A DNA stretch of 64,000 bases. It comes from an uncultured Candidatus Rokubacteria bacterium. Lineage in GTDB: Bacteria; Methylomirabilota; Methylomirabilia; Rokubacteriales; CSP1-6. Positions 21,114-29,001 of the stretch are shown here, piece after piece. The notes below the pieces were generated by a model. It worked only from the letters and a program-made list of their open reading frames with translations, was not told the origin of the DNA and did no database searches. The stretch lies in the NCBI GenBank assembly GCA_963789955.1, contig CAWBMV010000034.1, positions 320,001 through 384,000 on the forward strand. The letters are read 5' to 3'. Every line of letters begins with the position of its first letter. Positions within the stretch are counted from its first letter, which is position 1. The translations under genes and the position numbers were made by a program.

Positions 21114-22052
21114 ATGTACGCGACCATCCCTGTCGAAACAGAGTCGAAAACCCTCCAGATCGGTATCGGGTTCGCCTCGCACCAGGACGCGATCTGGGCG
21201 GCCGTTCGCGCGACTGCCATGGCGCGCACTGGCCTCCACGGGACGTCACCCGACCTTGTCCTGCTGGTCACGGCGGGTGTGCCCGCCCAGGACGTCGTCC
21301 CGCTCATCCGAGGGGTTCTGGGGCCGGTAGGGGTCGCAGGAGGCGCCACCTCGGCGATCCTGACCCATAACGGCGCCGTGACGTCGGGGGCCCTGGTCGT
21401 CTGCCTGACCAACGGAGAGGGCGCCGTGAGCGGCGTTGCCGCTTCGGGAGGTCGCGATCTGACGGAGGCAGGGCAGGGTGCGGCGCGGCTGATCCTGTCC
21501 GGCTGGCCGTTCAGGATGCGGTATCCGCGGGGTCTCGGCCTCGCGTTCGTGAAGCCGGGATTCGGCACGCCGGCCGAGTCATTCCTGCAGCCCTGGCGAA
21601 TCCTGATGGGCCCCAAGATGCGGACGGTGTGCAGCGTCCTCTCGTCCCCGGTCGTCTACGGGGCCTCGACGAGCGAGCCGCTTGCCAGCGCGGCGTGTCT
21701 CGAAGCCGCCTATTCGACCGGACTGGGCTATGCCGAGGGATTCGACACGGGGTCTTCGCCCGACCCGGAAACCCTCATCCAGGGGTCCGTGGAGGCCGCC
21801 CGGTCGGCCCTGAAGCGGCTCGAGGGTGACGGGGCGCGGCTCGTCCTCGTAGTCGAGTCGAGTGCCCGCCATCGAGCGCTGGGTCGTGCGGCGGCCGACG
21901 AGTGGGCCGCGATCAAGAGCGAGGTGGATTCCCGTACACCCTGCGTCGGCTGGCTCTGCGACCACGTCGCGGGCTACGGACGGGGCGTTCGGCCGGTCGA
22001 CTCCCATGGCTCGCTCGTCGTCGTCGCGCTCGGTGACGCTCCGCGCCGCTAG
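21114..22052 (+). CDS. FIST/NosP-like domain protein (divergent)
   Basis: IGIGFAS...AA..A...PDLVLL, VAGGATSA, LVLVVESSARHRALG...TPCVGW...SLVVVALG resembles the FIST_N and FIST_C layout. Confidence 0.6.
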   Translation: MYATIPVETESKTLQIGIGFASHQDAIWAAVRATAMARTGLHGTSPDLVLLVTAGVPAQDVVPLIRGVLGPVGVAGGATSAILTHNGAVTSGALVVCLTNGEGAVSGVAASGGRDLTEAGQGAARLILSGWPFRMRYPRGLGLAFVKPGFGTPAESFLQPWRILMGPKMRTVCSVLSSPVVYGASTSEPLASAACLEAAYSTGLGYAEGFDTGSSPDPETLIQGSVEAARSALKRLEGDGARLVLVVESSARHRALGRAAADEWAAIKSEVDSRTPCVGWLCDHVAGYGRGVRPVDSHGSLVVVALGDAPRR

Positions 22053-22055
22053 AGC

Positions 22056-23156
22056 CTAGCCCCCGCACACCCGCCTGACGTCGGTCCAGTCCCGGCCGGG
22101 TAAGAGCGGCCGAAATTCTTTCGTGTGCGAGGCGGCCAGCTGCTTGAGGGTCTCGACTCGATCCGCCGCGAGTGGATGAGAGGCCAGGTAGCGCGTCGCG
22201 GCCGGCGTGCCGCGCTCGGCGGCTTGCAAGGTCTCGAAGAACGCGATCATCCCTCGGGGATCGACGTCGGCCACCAGCAGCATCCGCAGTCCTTCGACAT
22301 CCGCTTCGTTCTCGAGGTAGCGGCTATAGCGCAGGGTCCCGAGCACGCGTGCGCTCTCGATCCCGTAGGCCATCGCGCCCGTGATGTCTCCCGATATGGC
22401 GACGAGCAGCAGGCCGGTCGAGGCGTGCTGCAGCAGGAGTCGCGTCGCGTGGCGCTGGAGCACGTGCTGGAGCTCGTGCGCCAGCACGCCGGCCAGCTCT
22501 TCGGGGGTTCGCGCGCGCTCGACGAGCCCTCGGAGGAGCACGACCTGGCCGCCGGGGACGGCGAACGCGTTCACGGTGGAGTCGTCCACGACGATCACCC
22601 GAAACGTGTAGGGAGCCTTCGGCTGCGGGTCGAGCAGCCGCTTCACGATCGTGCCGATCGCTTCTTCGCGCTCCTGGTCGACGCAGCGCCGTTTCGACGC
22701 CGTGATCTGTTCCACGGCGGCCTGCCCGAGCCGCTCCTCCCACGACACCGGCACGCGGGCGGCGACCAGGCCGGCCGCTGCGGGAATACCCCACACGTAG
22801 AGCACCGCGCCCGCCGCGATCGAGGTCAGCGCCGCTCCAATCGTGAAGAGGACGCGGGACCGTCGCCGGCCTGGGTTGTGAAATTTGCGCCCGAAGCCCG
22901 GGGCAGTCGTATGCAGCGCTGCCAGAAACGCGGTGTCGTCGACCAGGAGAATCTCCGGGAAGGGCGAGCCGCGCTCCAGGCGGATCTGCTCGCCGGCGTA
23001 GAAGCCTTGTGTCTGGCGCACGTCCCGGAACGGCCACCAGAGACGCGTGCCGTCGGCAAGCGCGATCTCGAGCCCGCTCGCGGCCAGGCGCACGGACGCC
23101 TGCCGGCGCGCGGCACTGCGCCCGTCGAGGTAGTGGCCCGTGAATACGCCGGGCAT
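22056..23156 (-). CDS. M48 family zinc metallopeptidase, membrane anchored
   Basis: VNAFAVPGG, ELAGVLAHELQH (HExxH), YSRYLENEAD, YLASHP; N-terminal YLDGRSA domain and one TM segment. Confidence 0.92.
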   Translation of the reverse strand: MPGVFTGHYLDGRSAARRQASVRLAASGLEIALADGTRLWWPFRDVRQTQGFYAGEQIRLERGSPFPEILLVDDTAFLAALHTTAPGFGRKFHNPGRRRSRVLFTIGAALTSIAAGAVLYVWGIPAAAGLVAARVPVSWEERLGQAAVEQITASKRRCVDQEREEAIGTIVKRLLDPQPKAPYTFRVIVVDDSTVNAFAVPGGQVVLLRGLVERARTPEELAGVLAHELQHVLQRHATRLLLQHASTGLLLVAISGDITGAMAYGIESARVLGTLRYSRYLENEADVEGLRMLLVADVDPRGMIAFFETLQAAERGTPAATRYLASHPLAADRVETLKQLAASHTKEFRPLLPGRDWTDVRRVCGG

Positions 23157-23165
23157 CCCGGGGTG

Positions 23166-24398
23166 TTACGCGAAACCGACGTCGGCGCCCAGGAGACTTG
23201 AAAGCGCGTCGCCCGTGGCCGTCGCCAGCTGGGGCTCCTGGATGATCCCCGTGAGGTCGAGCGGTCCGTCGATGGTGAGATACGCGAACTCGAAGCGCGT
23301 CCGTCGCACGAGCACCCAGGGCCACGCCAGTCCGAGCGTGACGATGAGCAGACCCCAGTTCGCGAGCGTCTGGCCCATCAGCCGCCCGCCCGTCATCGTC
23401 GAGCGGAAGCGCGCCGTCTCGAAGTAGGTGTGCTCCCAGAAATAGCGGGTCTTCCTCGCGTTGAACCAGAACAGATACATCCCGAGTGTCGGTACGAGCA
23501 GGAGCAGGGCGACGACATACGCGCCGAAGAGATCGCGTCCGCGTCCGTCGAAGCGGAACGGCCGCCGGCCGAAGTACGAGTGCGAGACCAGGAACCCCTG
23601 CTGTCGCGTCTGGAAGAAGGGGTAGTAGAGGGTGAGCGTCAGGGTGCTCAGGATCGACGCGACGACGAAGACCTTGACGAACGCCCACACCGGGCCGCGG
23701 AACGAGAAGCGGATCCCACGCCACGAGGTACGGCTCAGTCGATATCGCCGAGCTCCGACCATGGCGATCGGGATGAAGAGGAAGACGAGCAGTGACGTGA
23801 ATGCCTGGGTCGCGATGTGAATCGTTTTGTCTCCGGAGAGGCGTGCCACCGCGCTCAGCGCGGTGATCGGCAACCCGACGAACAGCAGCGCCTTGACGAA
23901 TCCCAGCAACAGCTCCTTGCCGGTGCCGTGATAGGCAAAGCGATCACCCTCGAAGCCCGTCTGGCTCAGCAGGAAGCGGCGAATCTTGACCCGGCCCCAG
24001 AACCGGTAGACGCCGAAGGTCGCGATCGTCAACAGGATGTTCACGACGTAGATGCCGAAGAGCGTCCCGCCCGAGCCGTGGAACGTGAGTCGCCGCGGAC
24101 CGACGGGATCCGCGGCTCCAGACGTCGAGCTCGCGGGGGGCGGTGCGGTCATGACCGCGGTCGCCGAGGCGGCCGACACCGTCGAAGCCGGCCGAGCCGG
24201 CTGAGTCATCTCGGCGCGCGGCGGCGCGGACGGCGCTGAAGCTGCCGGAGGGCCGCTGGCCCGCGGCGCGCCCGGTGGTGTCGGCGGGCGCCGCATCTTC
24301 TCGAGTGCCGCCGTATAAACCGAGGCGACGACACCGCACTGAGCGCACTTGTCGCGCTCGACGGCGGGCGCGCCACAGCGAGGGCATGCGGTGGCCAT
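23166..24398 (-). CDS. YjgN/DUF898 family membrane protein with N-terminal zinc ribbon
   Basis: FHGSGGTLFGIYVVNILLTIATFGVYRFW, RTSWRGIRFSF, TLGLAWPW; N-terminal CPRC-x9-CAQC. Confidence 0.88.
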   Translation of the reverse strand: MATACPRCGAPAVERDKCAQCGVVASVYTAALEKMRRPPTPPGAPRASGPPAASAPSAPPRAEMTQPARPASTVSAASATAVMTAPPPASSTSGAADPVGPRRLTFHGSGGTLFGIYVVNILLTIATFGVYRFWGRVKIRRFLLSQTGFEGDRFAYHGTGKELLLGFVKALLFVGLPITALSAVARLSGDKTIHIATQAFTSLLVFLFIPIAMVGARRYRLSRTSWRGIRFSFRGPVWAFVKVFVVASILSTLTLTLYYPFFQTRQQGFLVSHSYFGRRPFRFDGRGRDLFGAYVVALLLLVPTLGMYLFWFNARKTRYFWEHTYFETARFRSTMTGGRLMGQTLANWGLLIVTLGLAWPWVLVRRTRFEFAYLTIDGPLDLTGIIQEPQLATATGDALSSLLGADVGFA

Positions 24399-25586
24399 CA
24401 CTTCACCGGTTGCGGCGCCGGCATCGCGGCGCGCGCCCATCGATCGAGCGGCACGGCTCGGACGAGCTCGGTCACGGTCTGCTCGACCGCTTTCCCGATC
24501 GCGCCGACGAGCGCTTTGCGCATCGCCGTGTTGTACCAGCGGCCCGCGTCGGTGCCCGAGAACCGCACGTACTCCGAGAGCTCGTCGTCTTCCAGCGTTT
24601 GATAGGTATAGAGCATCGACATCGTGCGCACCTCACGCAGGGTTTCGTTTGCCCGAGCTCTCACTTGCGCGGCTCGGTCTTCGATCTGTCCCGGCCGCAG
24701 CCGGCTTTCCGGCGGCCCGGCCGCCGACACCGCCGTCGAGAGTCCTCGTGCGATCGCCGCGACGAGGTCAGCCGACGTTTCATTGGCTCCGGTGACCCAG
24801 TCCAATCGCTGGAGCAGCTCGAGCCGCCGCGCGGGCGGCGGGTTCGCCTTGACCACCGCGGTGTACTCCGCGACTTTCTGCTCGGCGCCGGGCTGGGAGG
24901 ACGCGATCTCGAGGGCGATGATCTTGCGACCCACGGGCGTCCGCAGCCATGCGGCGGTCGTCTCGAGGCTGGGCCGGTCCACGTGCGGGAGGAACGCGTC
25001 TCGCACCGCACCGTAGACCGCTTCGTGCCGGAGCGATTGGGCCAGGATCCGGTCGATCGTCGCCATGTCGGCGGCGCTCATCTGGCCCGGTGCCGGCCGC
25101 AGATCTGCGGCGACCCGGGCCACCAATCCGACGAGCTGGGCGCGAGCTCCCGACAGCTCGAGGAGCTCATCGATCTTCGTGGGGCCCGCCTTCGGAAGCG
25201 GGAGCGGCGGAATCGTCGCCTTCGCGTCGCGGGCCCGCGGCGGCGACTGCGCGTCGATGCCCCTGGACTCCGGCTGCGTCTTCATCTCCGGTCTCGTCAC
25301 GTCCAACGGCTTCAGGTCGGGCGACGTCGACCTCGGGCATCTTTGCGGCGCGCGCCTTGACCTCCGGCGCCTTGATCTCCTGAGCCTTCGCGTCAGGCGT
25401 CCTCGGATCGAGCGCCGGCTTCGCCTCGGGCGTCGGCGTACGGATCTCTCTCGGCTGGGGCGGACGATCGGAGTAGTTGACGTTGCCCTGTTCGTCGACC
25501 CAGCGGTACGTCTCCGCCGCGCTCGGCGTCGACGCGACCACGAGCATGGCGCTCAGCATCAGGACCGCGCCGACCCGGTCAGTCAT
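24398..25586 (-). CDS. Secreted DUF4124 plus DUF2059-like protein (apparent frameshift near 25310)
   Basis: Signal peptide, ETYRWVDEQGNVNYSDRPP (DUF4124), Pro/Lys-rich linker, helical domain with WLRTPVGRKI and YTYQTLEDDEL. Confidence 0.65.
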
Positions 25587-26946
25587 AGTTCCATCCGATG
25601 ATGATTCGCGGATCGGGAGCCGGCGGCAGCGAGACGCCCGGGCCCCACCGGTCGAACTTGGCGAGAAAATCGCGCACCTCGGGGACCGGCGCGTTCCAGT
25701 TCGCGAGGAACGCGACGGCCGCCTTCGCTTCCTTGACGAAATCGTCGTACTTGCCCTGCGCGTAGAGCACGCGCGCGAGGGCGAGGCGCCCTCCGGCATC
25801 GTCGCCGAAGAGCTGAACGGTCTTTCTCAGGTGCATCTCGGCCTCGGGATAGCGCTCGAGATCCGCGAGCAGCTTGCCGAGATTCCGATGGGTGCGCCAC
25901 GAGTCGGGATCGGCTTGCGCGGCGCGCTGGAGCCACGCGAGCGCGGCCTCGCGGTCGCCGAGATCCGCGGCGATCGCCGCGCGATAGTTGTAGGGCCGCG
26001 CGAACGCCGGCGCCAGCCGAATCGATTCGTCGAAGAGCTTCGTGGCGCCGTCGATGTCGCCATCGCGGAGATAGCGCTGGCGCGCGATCAGGAACAGCTG
26101 CTCGGCGCGCTTGGGGACCTCGCGGTTGCCGCCGAGGCGAATCTTGAGATAGCGGGCGCCCGACTCCTTGTTCGTGGCCGACGGGGTCACGCGCGTGCCC
26201 TCGATGACCATGAGGCGCCCCAGGCGCACGTAGCCCTCGTCCGAGAGCCACTGGCCGTACCACCAGATGCAGTCGGCCGCCTCCGGCTGGCCCAGGGTGG
26301 CGAGCCGGAAGGCCTTGAAGGTCTCGTCGCGCTCGGCGCCCGCCCGTGACTTGGCCTGCGCTTCGCCGCAATAGTTCTCGCCGGGCTTGACGATCGCGTA
26401 CGAGCGCGCCAGCTGTCGGGCCTGCGCGAGATCGCCCTTCTCGGTGAGGATGTCGAGCTTCACCTGCACGATCTGCTCGAGCGACGGATGGTCGCGCAGC
26501 AGGGCCGGCTGCATGTAGGTCGGCGCCCACTGGAAGAGCCAGCGTACGTGCGATGGATGCAGCGCGAGCAATCGGTCGAGCTGAGCGAGAGCCCGATCGT
26601 ACTCGCCCACACGCACCGCGAAGGACGCCGTACGGGCGATCAGCTCGGCGTCGTCGGGCGCGAGGGCAGCGGCCCGGTCGTAGAACGTGCGCGCCTCGTC
26701 GAACTCGCCCGTGAACTCGGCCATGCTGGCCCGCCCGGTCAGCGCACGTACCGACGTCGGCGCGGTGTTCGCCGCGCGCCGCGCCAGGCTCAGCGCCTCG
26801 GTATAGCGTCCGGCGTCGAATGCCGCCTGCGCGCGGTCCAGATCGCCGGCCGGCTGCGCCGGTCGCTCGGGCGCGGACTCGGCCACCGCGACACAGAGCG
26901 TCAGCACGATCGCCGACGCGATGGCTCTCGAGATGCGGATGGTCAT
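25579..26946 (-). CDS. Secreted tetratricopeptide repeat protein
   Basis: Signal peptide; repeated TPR patterns (GEFDEARTFYDRAAALAPDD, HRNLGKLL..LERYPEAE). Confidence 0.85.
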   Translation of the reverse strand: MTIRISRAIASAIVLTLCVAVAESAPERPAQPAGDLDRAQAAFDAGRYTEALSLARRAANTAPTSVRALTGRASMAEFTGEFDEARTFYDRAAALAPDDAELIARTASFAVRVGEYDRALAQLDRLLALHPSHVRWLFQWAPTYMQPALLRDHPSLEQIVQVKLDILTEKGDLAQARQLARSYAIVKPGENYCGEAQAKSRAGAERDETFKAFRLATLGQPEAADCIWWYGQWLSDEGYVRLGRLMVIEGTRVTPSATNKESGARYLKIRLGGNREVPKRAEQLFLIARQRYLRDGDIDGATKLFDESIRLAPAFARPYNYRAAIAADLGDREAALAWLQRAAQADPDSWRTHRNLGKLLADLERYPEAEMHLRKTVQLFGDDAGGRLALARVLYAQGKYDDFVKEAKAAVAFLANWNAPVPEVRDFLAKFDRWGPGVSLPPAPDPRIIIGWNYD

Positions 26947-28304
26947 CGCGCGCTGAAGGGGGTCGGTCCCTGGCGGGCGTCGCGCCCGAACTGCTCGTCG
27001 AGGTATCGTCGCTCATCGTCGAGGCTCGGCTCGAGACGTACGGCGATTTGAAGCTCGCGGAGGCCTTCGCCTCGATGGCCGGCCTTCAGGTGGAGCCAGC
27101 CGATGCTCGCGTGAGCCTCGGCGTCCATGGGGTCCATGGTCAGCACGCGGTTGTAGGCGGCGAGCGCTTCGTCATAGCGTCCGAGCCGACCGGCCGCCGC
27201 GCCAAGATTGAACTGCGCGCGCAGGTGATTCGGATTGACCTGGAGCGCTTTGGTGAGCCAGGTCAGCGCTTGCGCATCGTTGTCCTGGCTCATGTAAAGC
27301 CGTCCGATGTTGTGATAGGGCCACGAGAACGCGGGATCGGCGTCGATGGCCTTGGTGAACACGGCGAGTGCCGCGGTCGATTTGCTGTTGCGGTTCTGCA
27401 GGCGCCAGCCCGTCACGTTGAGCGACTCGGCGAGCTTGGGCACCTCGTGGTCGGGCAGGCGATAGCGCAGCACCCACTCCGCCTGCGCTCTGCTCTCGGA
27501 ATTCCGTGAGCGCTGCGCCCGGTCCAGCAGGACCAACCGTCCGAGTCGTGCGAGCCCCTCGTCGGTGATTCGCACGCCCAGAGTCAGCAGGCAGTCGGCG
27601 CGGTCGGGCTCGAGCATCATCGCCAGCAGCCCGGCCGTTTCCGCCGACACCGGCAGATCATGGCCCTGGCAGTAGTCGCCCTGTTCCCGGAGCCAGCCGC
27701 GAGTGCGCGCGAGGGCGATGGCCTGCTCGCGACGCCCAGCCTCGACCAGGATGCGGAAGACGTACTCCGGAACCACCTCGTGCGACGAGCGGAACGTCGA
27801 GCGGCCGAGCCGGGTCGCCGTCGGCAGACACACGCCCCACAACGCGGAGAGGTCCGGCCAGTGGCTCGGCACGCACGTCACGAGCACCACCACGCCGACC
27901 TTGAGCCCGAGCGACGCGTGCTGGCGCCATGGCCCGTACGCTTGCTCGAGCGACTGGATCGCCACGTCCACCTGCCCCATGCGATCGGCCATCTCGCCAA
28001 GACGGAGCCAGGTCGTCGTGGAAGGAGCGCGCCGAGCCGCCGCCTGGTAGGCGCTCAGCGCTTCGTCGAACTCTCCGAGGGCTTCGGCGGCCTCTCCCAG
28101 AGCCAGTTGCGCCGCGGCGGAGTCCGGAGCGAGCCTCGTCGCCGTGCGGTAGTGCTCCAGGGCCTGGAGAAGGTCGCCCTGTTCCGTCGACCGGCGTCCC
28201 GCGTCGACCGCCGCTCCGGCCTGCCGAGACATCCCGCATCCAGCGAGCAGAGCGACGAGGCCGAGAGCGCCGAGCGCCGGCGCCCAGGGCCGAGCACAAC
28301 CCAT
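26943..28304 (-). CDS. TPR lipoprotein, paralog of downstream gene
   Basis: Lipobox LLAGC; TPRs (AQLALGEAAEALGEFDEAL, AQFNLGAAAGRLGRYDEAL). Confidence 0.82.
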   Translation of the reverse strand: MGCARPWAPALGALGLVALLAGCGMSRQAGAAVDAGRRSTEQGDLLQALEHYRTATRLAPDSAAAQLALGEAAEALGEFDEALSAYQAAARRAPSTTTWLRLGEMADRMGQVDVAIQSLEQAYGPWRQHASLGLKVGVVVLVTCVPSHWPDLSALWGVCLPTATRLGRSTFRSSHEVVPEYVFRILVEAGRREQAIALARTRGWLREQGDYCQGHDLPVSAETAGLLAMMLEPDRADCLLTLGVRITDEGLARLGRLVLLDRAQRSRNSESRAQAEWVLRYRLPDHEVPKLAESLNVTGWRLQNRNSKSTAALAVFTKAIDADPAFSWPYHNIGRLYMSQDNDAQALTWLTKALQVNPNHLRAQFNLGAAAGRLGRYDEALAAYNRVLTMDPMDAEAHASIGWLHLKAGHRGEGLRELQIAVRLEPSLDDERRYLDEQFGRDARQGPTPFSAR

Positions 28305-28508
28305 CTTCCAGGAATAGCGTGGCCGTTGAGGGCCAACAAACAATCCTTTAGGTGGCACCGCGAGGGGAGATGTGAACACCGAGCACTAGCGGTTGGGGCG
28401 AGTTTTGGCGCGGTCTGGTCAGGCGCCGAGGGACGTAACCGTCGTGGCGATCGGGCGCGAGTAAGATGACGCCATGGTTCGATTCAGCGCCGTCGTGGAC
28501 GCGTCCGC

Positions 28509-28883
28509 ATGACGTGGGCGCAACGGTTCGCCGTTCTTCTGGTCGCATTGGCGGGCGCGTGCAGCGCCACGAGCGGTGCGGATGATCCGGTGATCGATCC
28601 CGACGTCCGCGCCGCGATCAGTGGAGGAACGGTGCGGGTTCTCGTCGATCTCCGCGCTTTCGCGACCGATCCGCCGGCGATCCGGAACCTCCAGGATGAG
28701 GCGGTTCGCGGCCTGGCGGGGACCGGCGCGCGTCTCGTGCGCCGCTTCGCGACCGTCCCGCTCCTGGCCCTCGAGATCGATGCGTCGGCATTGACTCGCC
28801 TCGAAGCGATGCGCGACATTGTGGTGCGCGTTCGCGTCGATCGGATCACGCCACTGCACGAGGACCGCCCGCTGCCCCGCTGA
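28509..28883 (+). CDS. Small exported protein resembling a subtilase propeptide (I9-like inhibitor/chaperone)
   Basis: Signal with LAGAC; GTVRVLVDL...RLVRRFATVPLLALEIDASALTRLEA..VVRVRVDRI aligns by eye with the neighbouring S8 prodomain. Confidence 0.72.
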   Translation: MTWAQRFAVLLVALAGACSATSGADDPVIDPDVRAAISGGTVRVLVDLRAFATDPPAIRNLQDEAVRGLAGTGARLVRRFATVPLLALEIDASALTRLEAMRDIVVRVRVDRITPLHEDRPLPR

Positions 28884-28971
28884 CGCCCCCGGTGACCGCC
28901 TCGGGCACTCCGGCTGCCAAAGCGTCACGCGCCGGGAGGCGTGAAACCCTTCTATTCAACCGGGTTGCGGA

Positions 28972-28987
28972 TGGCACGTTCGTTGCG
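28972..28987 (+). promoter_or_regulatory. Sigma54 -24/-12 promoter of the subtilase gene
   Basis: TGGCAC-GTTCG-TTGC, consensus match, about 15 nt before ATG 29002. Confidence 0.75.
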
Positions 28988-29001
28988 CACTATAACGGGC
29001 C

